A DNA stretch of 64,000 nucleotides from Ascoidea asiatica JCM 7603 (taxonomy: Eukaryota; Fungi; Ascomycota): the NCBI GenBank assembly GCA_001600695.1, contig BCKQ01000014.1, positions 255,872 through 319,871 on the forward strand, written 5' to 3'. The notes under the pieces were generated by a model, which did no database searches, was not told where the DNA came from, and saw only the letters and a program-made list of their open reading frames with translations. This document shows positions 24,782 through 37,199 of the stretch, piece after piece. Each line of letters begins with the position of its first letter. Position 1 is the stretch's first letter. A program made the position numbers and the translations under genes.

Positions 24782-27700
24782 ATGAGTACAGTTACTGAAA
24801 TGGCTGGTAACAGTACTTTTGTACCTGAAAAAGATAATAAAGAATCAATTAAAGATTCAAAAGATGATTTAAAAGAAGAATCAAAACCAGAAAAACCAGA
24901 AAGAAAAAGAGTTGCAAAAACTGCAAATGCAAGAGGTTGGAAAGAAGCTGGAGGTTGGACTGAATCTGATATTTTAACTCCAGAAGATGAATTAGATGAT
25001 TTATTAAATACTCCAACTTTTTTAGATAATATTTTACCTGATATTGCTTATGGTGATTGGTATCATAATGTTATAATTATAATAATTTCAAGTTTAACAT
25101 GTTTTATAATTGGTAAATTTAAATTTAATATTGGTGTAATTTTTCCATTTATTTTAATATTTTCTTTATATTATAGAACTCAAATTAGAAAATATAGAAG
25201 TAATTTAAGAGATTTAGCTCAAAGAGAATTTTCTATAAAAAAAATTGAAAATGATTTTGAATCAATGGATTGGTTAAATACTTTTTTAGATAAATTTTGG
25301 ATTTTTTTAGAACCAAGTATTTGTAAAATTACTTGTGATCAAGTTAATCCAATTTTTACAACTTTAGATTTTTTACCAAATTTTATAACTTCAATTTGGA
25401 TTGATACTTTTACTTTAGGTACAAAACCTCCAAGAATTGAACATGTTAAAACTTTTCCAAGAACTTCTGATGATGTTGTTGTAATGGATTGGTGTTGCTC
25501 AATGATACCAAATGAAATTTCTGATATGAATATAAAACAATTAAAAAATCATATTAATCAAAAAGTTATAATAAAAATTAAATTATTTAAATTTTTAACT
25601 TTTCCAATTGTTATTGAAGATGTATCTTTCAAAGTTACTGTAAGAGTTAGAATTAGAATGATGCCAAATTTTCCAAATATTGATACAATTAATATTTCAT
25701 TACCTGAATTTCCAGAATTTGATTTTGTTTCCAAAATTTTTGGTCAAGGTATTTGGAATTGGGAAATTTTATCAATTCCAGGTTTATTATTATTAATTAA
25801 TGATATGATTAAAAAATTTATTGGTCCAATTTTATTTAATCCTTTTAGTTTTCAATTAAATATTGAAGAATTATTAAAAGGTAATTTAAATGGTTCAATT
25901 GGTGTTTTAACTTTAAATATAAAAAATGCAAAAGATATAAAATTATTTGATACAACTACTGGTAATACAATTGATCCATATTTAAATTTTACTTTTGATT
26001 CAAATAAAATTTTATCAAAAACAAAAATTATTGAAGATACAACAAATCCAATTTGGAATGAAAAAATTTATTTATTAATAAATTCATTATCATTTCCTTT
26101 ACAAATAATTTGTTATGATTATAATGATGATAGAAAAGATGTTAAAATGGGTACTATAAATTATGATATTCAATCAATTAAATCAATTACTAATAAATTA
26201 AATATTAATTCTTCATTTTTAAGAAATAATAAACCTGTTGGAAATCTAAATTTTGATTATAATTTTAATCCAGTTTTAGAAGGTAAAAAAATAATTGATG
26301 GTTCAATGGAACCACCACCTGAATTAAATACTGGTATTATAAGAATTGAAATTAATGAATGTAAAATTGAAGAACCTGAAAATCCAAATACCTTTATTGA
26401 AATGTATATAGATAAAAAAAAAATTTCAACAACTTCAATAATTAAATCAAATAATAATCCAAATTTCAATTTAATTGAAGAAAAATTAATTTTTAATAAA
26501 AATAAAACAAAAATTTTATTTGTTTTAAGAAATGATAAGAAAAAAATTTTAGATTTTTTGAATACAAATTTAAATGATATTATTGATAGAACTGAAGTTG
26601 ATAAAAAATGGATACCATTTAAAAATGGTAATGGAGAAATTAAAATTACTGCAAATTGGAAACCTGTTGAATTAGAAACAGATTCATCATCAAATGATTA
26701 TGCAGATCCAATTGGTGTTGTTAGAGTTTTAATAACAAAAGCAACAGGTTTACGTAATTTAGAAAATGTTGGTACAATTGATCCATATGCTAGAATTTTA
26801 ATTAATGGATTTCAAAGAGGTAGAACAGTTCCAGATGATTCAACAGTTAATCCAGTTTGGAATGAAGTTTTATATACAACAGTTACTGGACCAAATCAAA
26901 AATTAACAATCGAATGTATGGATGTTGAAAAAATTGGTGGAGATCGTACATTAGGATCTTTTGATATAAAATTGAATGAAATTATTCAAAAAAATGATAA
27001 TAATAATGATTTTAATATTTTTATTGATAAAGATAATAGAAATAATAAATTAATTTCAAAAAAAGGTCCAAAAGGTACTGTTGAATATCATTTAAGTTTT
27101 TATCCTTCTATTCAAATAATGAATTTAGATGAAATTAAAGAGCTTAAAGAAGAAGAATTATTAAAAGAAAAGAAATTAATTGAATCAAATAACAATAAGG
27201 AAATTAAAGATAAAGAAAAAGTTGAAAAAACAGAAGATGAAAAATTAGAAGAAGAAATTTCAAAATTAGATATTAATCATAAAAAAAATTTATCATTAAA
27301 CCAATTAATTGAATATAATTCAGGAATTTTTGTATTTCAAATTTTTGATGGAAATTTTCAATCTAACGGAACTTATTTACAAATTTTTTTCGATGCCGAT
27401 AATTATCCAAAATTTGAATCAATGAAAATTAAAAATAAAAAATCAAATATTAATTTAACTGGAGATACAATTATTAAAGAAATTGGATGGTCAACAATTA
27501 CATTTAGATTATCAAAAGAAAATGGATCAAGTAGAGTTGATGAATTCATTGAAGAAGCAAATATTCCAACAAGAGTTTTATTACAAAATTCTTTTTATAA
27601 ACCATATAAAATTCAATTTAATGGTGGATCAATAATCAATTTACAAACAAGATATATACCATTAATAATGGAACAAATTCCATTAATGGATACAATTTTA

Positions 27701-28273
27701 AATTCAGGTTTTATGACAGTAACAGTTATTAATGGTAGAAATTTAATTTCTGCAGATTCTAATGGTAAATCAGATCCATTTGTTGAATTAAAATTAAATG
27801 GTAAAAAACTTTTAAAAACAAATAAAGTTAAAAAAACTTTAAATCCAGATTTTGATATAAATAAAGAAAAAATTTCAATTGATGTTTCAAATAGATATAT
27901 GAGTCAATTAGAAGTTTATTGTAATGATTGGGATTTTGGTGAAGGACAAGATGATCCATTAGGTTCTGGAATTTTATATCTTAAAGATATAAATGTTAAT
28001 GAAATAAATGAAATTAAAGTACCATTAGAATTAGAAAATAAAGAAGCTGGATATATAACATTAAAAGTTGAATTTAAACCTGAATATGTTTCAAGTATTA
28101 AAAAACATGAAACATCAATTTTAGATGCTGGTACAAAAGTATTTGGAGCAGGTAAAACATTTATTGGAGCCGGTGGAAAAGTTGTTGGAGGAGCAGCAGG
28201 AGTTGTTGGTAAAGGAGGTTCATTTGTTAAAAATAATATTTTTGGACGTAAGAAGAAAGCAGCAGCCAATTGA
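24782..28273 (+). CDS. Tricalbin (Tcb1/Tcb2-like ER-plasma membrane tether)
   Basis: TM hairpin, SMP domain (ESMDWLNTFLDKFW, FTLGTKPPRI), several C2 domains (DPY, ADSNGKSDPF). ATG taken at 24782 rather than TTG at 24776. Confidence 0.93.
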   Translation: MSTVTEMAGNSTFVPEKDNKESIKDSKDDLKEESKPEKPERKRVAKTANARGWKEAGGWTESDILTPEDELDDLLNTPTFLDNILPDIAYGDWYHNVIIIIISSLTCFIIGKFKFNIGVIFPFILIFSLYYRTQIRKYRSNLRDLAQREFSIKKIENDFESMDWLNTFLDKFWIFLEPSICKITCDQVNPIFTTLDFLPNFITSIWIDTFTLGTKPPRIEHVKTFPRTSDDVVVMDWCCSMIPNEISDMNIKQLKNHINQKVIIKIKLFKFLTFPIVIEDVSFKVTVRVRIRMMPNFPNIDTINISLPEFPEFDFVSKIFGQGIWNWEILSIPGLLLLINDMIKKFIGPILFNPFSFQLNIEELLKGNLNGSIGVLTLNIKNAKDIKLFDTTTGNTIDPYLNFTFDSNKILSKTKIIEDTTNPIWNEKIYLLINSLSFPLQIICYDYNDDRKDVKMGTINYDIQSIKSITNKLNINSSFLRNNKPVGNLNFDYNFNPVLEGKKIIDGSMEPPPELNTGIIRIEINECKIEEPENPNTFIEMYIDKKKISTTSIIKSNNNPNFNLIEEKLIFNKNKTKILFVLRNDKKKILDFLNTNLNDIIDRTEVDKKWIPFKNGNGEIKITANWKPVELETDSSSNDYADPIGVVRVLITKATGLRNLENVGTIDPYARILINGFQRGRTVPDDSTVNPVWNEVLYTTVTGPNQKLTIECMDVEKIGGDRTLGSFDIKLNEIIQKNDNNNDFNIFIDKDNRNNKLISKKGPKGTVEYHLSFYPSIQIMNLDEIKELKEEELLKEKKLIESNNNKEIKDKEKVEKTEDEKLEEEISKLDINHKKNLSLNQLIEYNSGIFVFQIFDGNFQSNGTYLQIFFDADNYPKFESMKIKNKKSNINLTGDTIIKEIGWSTITFRLSKENGSSRVDEFIEEANIPTRVLLQNSFYKPYKIQFNGGSIINLQTRYIPLIMEQIPLMDTILNSGFMTVTVINGRNLISADSNGKSDPFVELKLNGKKLLKTNKVKKTLNPDFDINKEKISIDVSNRYMSQLEVYCNDWDFGEGQDDPLGSGILYLKDINVNEINEIKVPLELENKEAGYITLKVEFKPEYVSSIKKHETSILDAGTKVFGAGKTFIGAGGKVVGGAAGVVGKGGSFVKNNIFGRKKKAAAN

Positions 28274-28290
28274 ATTAGTTAATTAATCGA

Positions 28291-29586
28291 TTAATTATAT
28301 AAATCAATAAATATATTTATGAATAAGATTAAAATTTGAAAAAAAAATAAAATTATTAAAACTAAAAATAAATTAATTTGATTTAAATTTTTTAAATTTT
28401 TTTTAAACATTATTAATAAATTATTAATTTTTTTTAATTTTTTATTTAATAAATTAACTCTATTATTAATTTTTAAATATGATTTTACGGAAATATAAAT
28501 TGGATTTAAAATTGGATTTGACCAAAATAAATCTGGAGAATCAAGAATATTAAAATATAAATTAATTTTAATTCTTAAAATAAATAAATTTCCAATTTTT
28601 TTTAAAATTTTTTCTCTATTTAAATTAAAACCTTTATTTATAAGATAATTTGGTAAATTAATATTATTTTTTATGATTACATTTAATAAATTTTCTAAAT
28701 ATGTGATTTTTATAGATTGTGAAATTGGTAAAGATATTGATAATAATATTAAATTTATATTTTTAATATTATTTTTATTTAAATAAGTTGAAGATATTAT
28801 TATGAAATCATTATATAATTTTATATTTTTACAATCATTATTACAATTATTTTTAGAATTATTAATTGTATTTGATATGAAATAGTTAAAAGATTTAAAT
28901 TGAATTAAGTCTTTTGATAATTTTTCAATTAAAAATTGTGTTATTATATTTTTAATTATAAAATGTTGTTGAAATTTATTAAAACCCCACATTACTATAA
29001 CACCATAATTGAAAACAAAAAGAGTTTTAAAATTATATATATTTGAATTGTCATTGTCACTGTCATTGTCATTGTCATTTTCATTGTCATTGTCATTATC
29101 CTTGTTATTGTCATTATCATTATCATTATTATCTTGATTGTCATCTTGATTAACATTATCAATCTCAATAAAATTATCTATATCATTAACATTTTGTTTA
29201 TTATAATTTTCATTTGAAGAAATTGGTAAATTTAAATTTGTTAATAAATATTTACTAAATAATTTTGGATTTGAATTATAAATTTTTTTGAAATTTATTG
29301 AATTTAAGTAATTAAATAAACTAATCAAATTAATTGAATCTGATAAACAATAAGTTGATATTATTGGTAATAAATTTCTTTGATTTTTATTTAAAATTTC
29401 TATTTTCTTAAATTTATTGAATTTTATTTTTAATTTTGAATTATTTTCTAAGTTATTGTAATCATTATTTGCATTATTAAAATAATAGTTATCATTAATC
29501 TTGAATGAGTTTAAATTTGACAATAGTGGAGAATTTTCATTTAAATCCTTAATATTATTGATATTATTGTGATCATTATTGAACAT
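28291..29586 (-). CDS. RMD1: Rmd1/DUF155 sporulation protein, highly diverged
   Basis: PKLF, FVFNYGVIVMWGF, YNDFI, LSIS..ISQSIKI, IGNLFILRI.INL, LDSPDLFWS, YLKIN.RV.LLN, C-terminal TM helix. Confidence 0.85.
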   Translation of the reverse strand: MFNNDHNNINNIKDLNENSPLLSNLNSFKINDNYYFNNANNDYNNLENNSKLKIKFNKFKKIEILNKNQRNLLPIISTYCLSDSINLISLFNYLNSINFKKIYNSNPKLFSKYLLTNLNLPISSNENYNKQNVNDIDNFIEIDNVNQDDNQDNNDNDNDNNKDNDNDNENDNDNDSDNDNSNIYNFKTLFVFNYGVIVMWGFNKFQQHFIIKNIITQFLIEKLSKDLIQFKSFNYFISNTINNSKNNCNNDCKNIKLYNDFIIISSTYLNKNNIKNINLILLSISLPISQSIKITYLENLLNVIIKNNINLPNYLINKGFNLNREKILKKIGNLFILRIKINLYFNILDSPDLFWSNPILNPIYISVKSYLKINNRVNLLNKKLKKINNLLIMFKKNLKNLNQINLFLVLIILFFFQILILFINIFIDLYN

Positions 29587-31431
29587 TTTTTGTTTCTATT
29601 CTTCCAATATCTTATTATCTTATTATCTTACTATCGTATTATTTTATTATCTTATTGATATTTATTGACGTTTATTTCATTCATCTTTCGAATTCTGTTA
29701 ATCTTTCTGAGGTATTCAAAACCAACTTCAAAATTAAATTCAACGGAAAATGAGACAAAAAGACAAAGATTAAAACCAGGGGCTAAAATAAAACGTAATT
29801 CGTGGGTCTGACATAATGCCAGGTGACTACATTGAAAGAATCCTCTCCTCAATCGAGTTCCGTATGTAAACCATTGATTGTACTTCCATCGAAATATCAG
29901 ATTGTTACTAAAAAGATATCTAATTCAAATTACAAACATTTGTTAACTAAAATATAAAATATATAAAAATTGTAAAAAAAAACCGGGAGTTAACTGTCCT
30001 ATTTATATTGGGTAACAATAAGTGCGGGTCATCCATCTCAAAAAAAAATTTGAAAAATTGGTAAGAAAAAGTTCACTTCCCATCATTAACAAATAAACTA
30101 AAATAACGACTTACTTCCAAAATGTTTCGACCATTCTGCGAAAAAACAAAAAAATTTTTAGACCTTTGCGATTCACACTAAACCTCGATGACAATGTTTG
30201 TAATCAACAAGATGGTCTTTTTATTTGTCATATGCGTTTGTAATTTTTAATCGAAAAATAGCCAGTAATAGTAGTACTAACAGAAATTCAAACCGGTTAT
30301 AAATAATCAACTTAAAGCGTCACAGGGCACACAGACAATAAACCCATTATTAACTACTAAATAGATTGCCTATAGAAACGCTCTTAGAAGCAACAGAAAA
30401 ATTTTGTACAACTCTCACAGGCACCTGTGACGAGCACCCAAATCAAACGCAGCTCTTACGACTGCAATAACTAGCAGTAGTAGTCGGCAGCGTGATATAG
30501 CGTGCTTCGGCGCGTCGAAACCAAAAAACCAGAAACCTTCCAGAAACTCAGGAACTTAAGACCAACAGCCAAACTTTAATTAACCCCTGCCACATATTTA
30601 GCGACGTGCACATCTAGTTAAGGTTTTAATCACCTCTCTTGATTACTAATTTTTTCATGAATTATTTTGGTCTAATGGTTTGGTGTTGCCTCTTTTTTGA
30701 CTTGAGTGATTCTTGAGTTTTTGCTGTGATAATGAAGAACAACATGGGAAAAAGTGTTTCAAGTTTTGGCTTTGCATTTAGACTAATCATTATTAATGCA
30801 AAATAAACGAAAATACAGTTCAATTTCAAAAACAAATTGAAGTACTGTACATGGCAGTTATATTATACATTAAGGAAAGTGCTGGTTTCCTTAAATGACA
30901 ATTTTATCAAAATGGCATGTTGACTATCTTGATTCAAAATGTAATTGTTTACTTTTTGGTTTAATTATTTAATATAAAAATAGGGAAATGTTGGAATTTG
31001 GTTTCAGTGGTGGTTTGTTTAAATTGGTTGATTGATGGAACATCATGTGCTTAAATTTACCTTTTTGTTTATATAGTTTAAATGGCAATTTGATTTTGAA
31101 TCGAATTGCAGTTTTGAGGTTTTGTTGATTCAAACGTAATGTTCGGTTAGTCGAGTTTTAGTGTTTTTGATATCAATTGCTTTGTTTTTTTGTTTACCAA
31201 ATTAATATGATGTTTTTTGACAAATCGTTTTCTGTTAAAATTAGTATATATATGTGGAGATGTGTTTATTTATAATAGGTCGATTAATTATATGTTTATT
31301 TCGAATTAGCGTGACTAATTATATTTATTATTAATCATGCTATCTACATTCATTAATATTATTTTTATTATTAAAGATTATTCTATTTAATAGTAGGGAA
31401 AAATTGTTTTTTACACAGAATTTACATTTCA

Positions 31432-32632
31432 GGTTTTATGAAATACGTGGTATAGGTCTTCACTAGAGATCATAGCTTATTCTGTGTCCCCAATTCCCTT
31501 GATGGTAGCGCTGCTAATGATATAATTAATGAAGTTGAAGTTGCTGAATGGAATAATAGTTTTAGCAACATCACAGATGATGAAAAATAATATAACTATT
31601 CCACTTAATGAACTCAATCATTTTGCAAACAAGTAGCACTACATTCAAAATGAAATAATGGTGGTACTTTAAGATGTAATTATTGTTGGCATTATGCTAA
31701 AGTTATTCATCTGTTAACATCTGAGCACAAATAAAATTTATGGGATGGTACGTTTGGCAGAGTTGTGGATATGTTTGGAATCAAAACTTTAATACAGAGA
31801 GGCATTACGTTCCCTGAATTAGTTAATTATATTTCAGATATGTTAAATCATATTCTTACTCTTTGTATTGTTGATAGTGCGGCAGGATTTTTAGACCCTT
31901 TATCTAACCGTGAAATAAATGTGAGAAAGTTGGTTGACAAGTTGGGAAACCGTAGGATCGCATTTGAAATTCTAGCACATTTAGATAAGGATTCCCTATT
32001 TGGAAATGATGTAAATGAGTTTACTATGAAAGTCAATTTAATTAGGATGAAAGTGAGAGGTGTTGATTCTGCCTTTTCAGATGCAACTATTGCTAACTAT
32101 ATTCTAAAAGGTATAGGTGGTGGTATGGTTCTATAACGAAAAATCATTAGAGCTTAAGTTTCTATGATATAGTTGGACGTGTCTAATACATTGATCAAAA
32201 TGAATGAGGATATTGATGCAAACGGCGGAACTAAAGAGGCTTCAAGTTTGAGGATCAGCAATGTTAATAACCATAGTGAACAGGAAACAAAATAGAAAAA
32301 TTCTAAGAAGAAAAAAATTCCCGGAAAAAGTTTCCATTCTAGAGTGGTTGGTGATACAAAGGCTTGAAGTTTTAAGTTAAAACATGAAAATGCCTATGGG
32401 AATATTGACTATAGGGCAAGGTTGGAAGCAAATTTCAGAGAGCTTCCAAGATATGATGGTAATTCTGATGCTTCAAAACATTGTACTAAATTAACTAATA
32501 ATATCATTATAGAGTCAGCTGTTGGTTCATCTATTACATTTAAAAGACCATTATTACAAGATATTAATGATGCTGAGGATTCATAAATTTCGAAGGTCCT
32601 ACTGGTAAAATCTTTACAACAAAAGAAGTTTG
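31432..32632 (+). mobile_element. Decayed Ty1/copia element, 5' part (PBS-like site, gag, protease)
   Basis: CA-GGTTTTATGA at 31430-31441 resembles the Ty5-type PBS; UBN2-type gag segment DVNEFTMKVNLI...FSDATIANYILKGI; degenerate protease IIIESAVGSSI at ~32505; many stops. Confidence 0.7.
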
Positions 32633-33477
32633 CGTTAGAAATAATCGAGATCTATAAATGCTAGGGCATATATTCGTACTAACACCTTAGGTAGTGAAGG
32701 TCTAAAAGACACGTACGTATAGTAGACCTAACAGAGTTTGGTATCATACAATAATGTGTGTAGACTATGAACATAGATACATAATCAGGCATAAATATAC
32801 ATATTGTTGAATAAAGTTGCATTAAGTTGAATGAAGAATACATCAATTCAAATGACCTTGAATGAGTCTGTGTACAAGTACACACAAAGTCGGTTATCAT
32901 GTGATATTCTACTCAGAGGGCATAACTCATGTGTGCTTACGTCAGGTATAGCTTACAAAGTAGAGAAGACCTTGAGATTCGTACGAGCGATAGTGGTAGA
33001 ACCTTTAAGAGCATATTAAAACTAAGCCGCTCGGTACTAGGAGGCAAAAAGAGGAGCTAGAATTTAGCTACAATCCGGATAGATGTTAAATCCGAAAGGC
33101 CAATCGGAGCCAGGCAGGGACGCCATCTGGATGGCTGGATTGGCTAAGCTTAGTTTCATGTGAGATAAGGTATAATTCTCACTGCGTATACCGAATTGTC
33201 TCGGAGTAAACAGGAGACTAGTGGAGATAGTCCCGTAAGGGATCTATTCCGAGTACGGCTTCGGGATTAAAAATTATTCCGAGCAATTAGTGCGATTGTC
33301 TACCCCACTGGAAAGAGGGCTGATTGTTTTCCTATGGTAAAATTGAAATGTGAATTTCAATTAATTTCTAATCAAGTTTTCAACCCTTTTTACAAGGTAA
33401 ACTTGATTCCCACCCTCATTGTTCGACGGAATCCTCGGACTTTTGGGAATTCCAGAGAATTCTCGATAGCTCTGTGA
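32633..33477 (+). mobile_element. LTR copy A (truncated at its right end)
   Basis: Reverse complement of ~35787-36510 with an indel; starts CGTTAGAAAT versus TGTTGGACAT; interrupts the copia protease and runs directly into RT. Confidence 0.85.
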
Positions 33478-34678
33478 GTTGAAGAATACATGTCTATCTA
33501 GAACAATAATGTATTCGATTTGATCGGTTCCAGTTCAGTCAAAGATAAACTAATGAGACGACGTTAAAAATTTACTGTTAAGAATGAACATTCTGGTGAA
33601 CGTTTCAAAACAAGAATTCTTGCCACGGATTTAGTCAAACGGAAATACAAAACTTTGTTGATGCGGATTCTCCAGCAATGGGATATCAGACAGTTACTTT
33701 GGCTGTTTCCAGTGCTGCAATCAATCAACGGAAACTAGTTCAGTTAGACGGTAAGAATGCTTTTCCTAACGGTCCAGTTGACCAAGCTGTCTTTTTCAAC
33801 CTCCTTCTGCTGCTGATACTCCTGTCAACAAGATATGGAAATTAAACAAAGGATTGTAGGGTTTACAAAAATTTCTGCATATTTTGTTCAACAGTGTCAA
33901 CAATGTGATTGTGAATCGAGGTTAAAAACAACCAGTTCTTGAATCTTGCTTGTTTCTAAAATCTGACTCCATTCTTACAATCTATGTTCATGACATTCTT
34001 ATTTCTGGTCAAACTGCTGCAGTTATTGATAAAGCTAGAAACTAACTGGAAACAAAATTTATGGTGAACTTCATGGGATATGCATATGTGTTCTTCGGTA
34101 TTACAATTCCAAAAACCGGAAATGATATCAAAATGAGATCCACTGGTTTTATTTCCAGATTAGCTGAATATTATGAAATTTCCAGAGAAAAAGTTATTTC
34201 ATCACCATTGGTTACTGCATTTGATGCTTATGATCATCCAAGTCAACAACTTAATGAAACTGAGCATTCAAAGTATAGGTCCATTGTTAGTTGCTTCTCA
34301 CTAATTGCAAATACAGTCAGATTGGATATTGCTTGTGCAACTTCATTGCTTTCCAGGTTTCTACCTACTCCTAGAACAATTCATTTGCACGCTGTTTTGA
34401 AAGTTCATCAGTACTTAGCTCAAACCAATGACTTTCCTATTCATTATTCAAAAGCACAATACTGGTACTTTACTACCAGTATTGTATTTTCCGGAGTCAA
34501 CGTTCAATGAAGCGGCTGCAATGTTCGTATCATTGATTACAATTCGGTAATTTAAGAAAAAAAAATAAAACTATTAACAGTTTTATTTTCTTCTACTGTC
34601 ATTGAAATTTGATTCTCTATTTTTAGACTTCAATATCGAACGGCAACGTCTATGTCAGGGGCAGTATGAGCTACATTA
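33478..34678 (+). pseudogene. Ty1/copia reverse transcriptase and start of RNase H, degraded
   Basis: RFKTRILA, QLDGKNAFPNG, WKLNKGL*GL, IYVHDILI (YVDD site), YRSIVS...RLDIACATSLLSR; frameshifts and stops. Confidence 0.88.
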
Positions 34679-35495
34679 TGTTGGAAATTCTGAAATGTTT
34701 GAATAATTACTTTCCGTCCCATGTGAGTGATCGGTTCTGAGGTTTATCTCAAAAACCATCGAGGTGTTGCTGGCGAACTTTTCTTTTATTATTGGTTGTG
34801 CACCTTGTAGTTCGCTGTAATTTGAACAATTTTTTTGGATAATTGTACCTTCCTCAACGGAGAAGCTGCTTAGTTTTTGGCATACCGGTTATAGCTGTAC
34901 TTTGCGTTGCCCAGACACAGCTTTACTGCTAATGAATATCTAATTTTGGATTAGGTATACGAGTGCTTCCACCCAGATAAAACTGTTTGAAAAATTTTGA
35001 AATTGAGGTCTTCACAACCCTGAGATTTCTGAGATACCGTTACAATTATCTCCTTGATCAAGGTGGAAATTCAAGCGGGAATACAGGCACGTGGAGCTTA
35101 CGAAATGCCATTTCGTCCCGCGACTTATTGTTCCGGAAAAGATCTTGGTAATTTTTACAAGGCGATAAAACAATTTCATTTTTCGACCGGAACTTTGTCG
35201 CAGTACCCTGTTAGCCGAGCCTTTATCCGCTGCTATCGGATTGTTAGTCAATTTATTGTTATGTTAGAGTAAAAGTACAATATTCTAAGCTATTCTTAGA
35301 TTTCCTGGAAATGCCTAGTTTAGTCTACGTCTACATTATATTGCTTTCTCGGAACTTCGGTGAAGGTCTCGAATGTACCAGAAAGTTCTCGGTCTCCATT
35401 TTTCATTCTTCGCTTGTAGGTCCGTGTGAGTCTGGAATGCACTCGAATTTCGGTCTTTGTTAACAGAATGTCATTAACTCTTCCGGAATGCAACA
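34679..35495. mobile_element. Possible solo LTR of a second family
   Basis: TGTTGGAAAT starts where copia RNase H homology stops; CAACA at 35491-35495; no second copy in the window and no clean TSD. Confidence 0.3.
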
Positions 35496-35601
35496 CTATT
35501 ATTTTTGTTATCTCAAGTATGGTAAGTTAACTTGAACAACCACATTCTACACAGGTATTGCGAAGATAGGTTTCCCCCTCCTACTTAGTCTGTCATAAAA
35601 C

Positions 35602-36510
35602 TGTTGTAAATTCTCATTCATTTCACAAATTTACAATTTCGAATTATATAATCAACTCTTTTACTTACTTTGTATTAACCAATTAACTCGTGCTAATCGA
35701 TGATCTAAAAAAAAAACTAAATAAATCATATAAAAAATCAGAGGAAATTGATTCCATTTATCTTAATTCAGGAGTCCTACGGGGTCCCGCAGAACTATCC
35801 AGAATTCTCGGGAAATCCCAAAAGTCCGAGGATTCCGTCGTACAATCGGGGTGGAAATCAAGTTTACCTTGTAAAAAGGGTTGAAAACTTGATTAGAAAT
35901 TAAATGAAATTCACATTTCAATTTCACCATAGTAAAACAATCAGCCCACTTTCCAGTGGGGTAGACAATCGCACTAATTGCCGGGAATAATTTTTAATCC
36001 CGAAGCCGTACTCGGAATAGATCCCTTACGGGACTATCTCCACTAGTCTCCTGTTTACTCCGAGACAATTCGGTATACGCAGTGAGAATTATACCTTATC
36101 TCACATGAAACTAAGCTTAGCCAATCCAGCCATCCAGATGGCGTCCCTGCCTGGATCCGATTGGCCTTTCGGTTTTAACATCTATCCGGATTGTCGCTAA
36201 ATCCTAACTCCTGTTTAATTCTCCTCGTACCGAGTGGCTTAGCTTTAATATGCTCTTAAGGGTTGTACGACTATGGCTCGTACAAATCTCAAGGTCTTCT
36301 CTACTTTGTACGCTATACCTGACGTAAGCACCCATGAGTTATGCCCAATTATGGCTCTCTATGCATAATTATACATAGTGTACACACATTATTGTATAAT
36401 ACATAACTCTTTTACGTTTACTATAGATTCGTGTCTTTTAGACCTTCACCACCTATGGTGTTAGTACCAATATATGACCTAGCATATATAGATCTCTATT
36501 ATGTCCAACA
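35602..36510 (-). mobile_element. LTR copy B, complete, 909 bp
   Basis: TGTTG...CAACA termini; homologous to copies A and C; PBS-like GTTTTATGA follows on the minus strand (35601-35593). Confidence 0.88.
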
Positions 36511-37199
36511 ATAAGGAGGGGTCTTACATCCCATATTTTCTATATAATCTTTATATATTTTAACTTCACTTAATTATTTTTTATAAGTTGAATTAGATAA
36601 GTTCTTAGTAATAATTAAATATTCCTTTCGAACGACAATCAAATTTATTAATATATTTGGAATATCAATTGCTTATTAAAGATAAGTATCCCTTTATTCT
36701 TTCATTGTTTTCTATCTGGCAAGGTAAGTCAGAGTACGACTTTAACTCTCTGATTATTATACTTACAAGAGAGTGATCGCGAAAACTGATTAATCCTGTG
36801 GCATCTCATTTCCTTCCGCATTATTTAAGGTACTTGTCGCCATTATAGAACGTAGTTCCTCTCTGTCTGGTTATTAAGCTTACTTAGTTTATCGTAATGC
36901 TTTAACCAAAATTGAGTGACCTGATAATTTGAAGTGCTTTTCTTCTACTCATTGCAAATTCAAAATTAATGCAAATTTAGTATTGTATGGAATGTTCAAA
37001 ACAATAAAAGAATTTACTAATATAATTTGTTTAATATTACTCTGTATTTCAAATAAATTAGTTTACTAATATTTCCGCTTACAGTTTTTATTCAATGTTT
37101 TCTGTTATATTTATGAATTCAAAATCCAATTTAAAATAAACTTAAATATCAAAGAACATAACCAAACAGTAAAAAAAAAACTGAAAAAAAACAATACCA

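Noticed and set aside
28291-29030. A-to-I editing as an explanation for Lys/Asn at conserved Glu/Asp positions of Rmd1
   Set aside because: Many changes (E to N, E to F, H to L) cannot be reversed by A-to-G alone; AT drift is simpler
29862-30283. GTATGT...TACTAACAG intron-like signals with an ATG at 29816
   Set aside because: The spliced product is only 22 codons; a spliced non-coding RNA cannot be excluded without RNA data
30580-30590. TTAACCCC piggyBac-like end; also TACAGTGGAAC pogo-like end at ~43984
   Set aside because: No matching opposite terminus or transposase remnant seen
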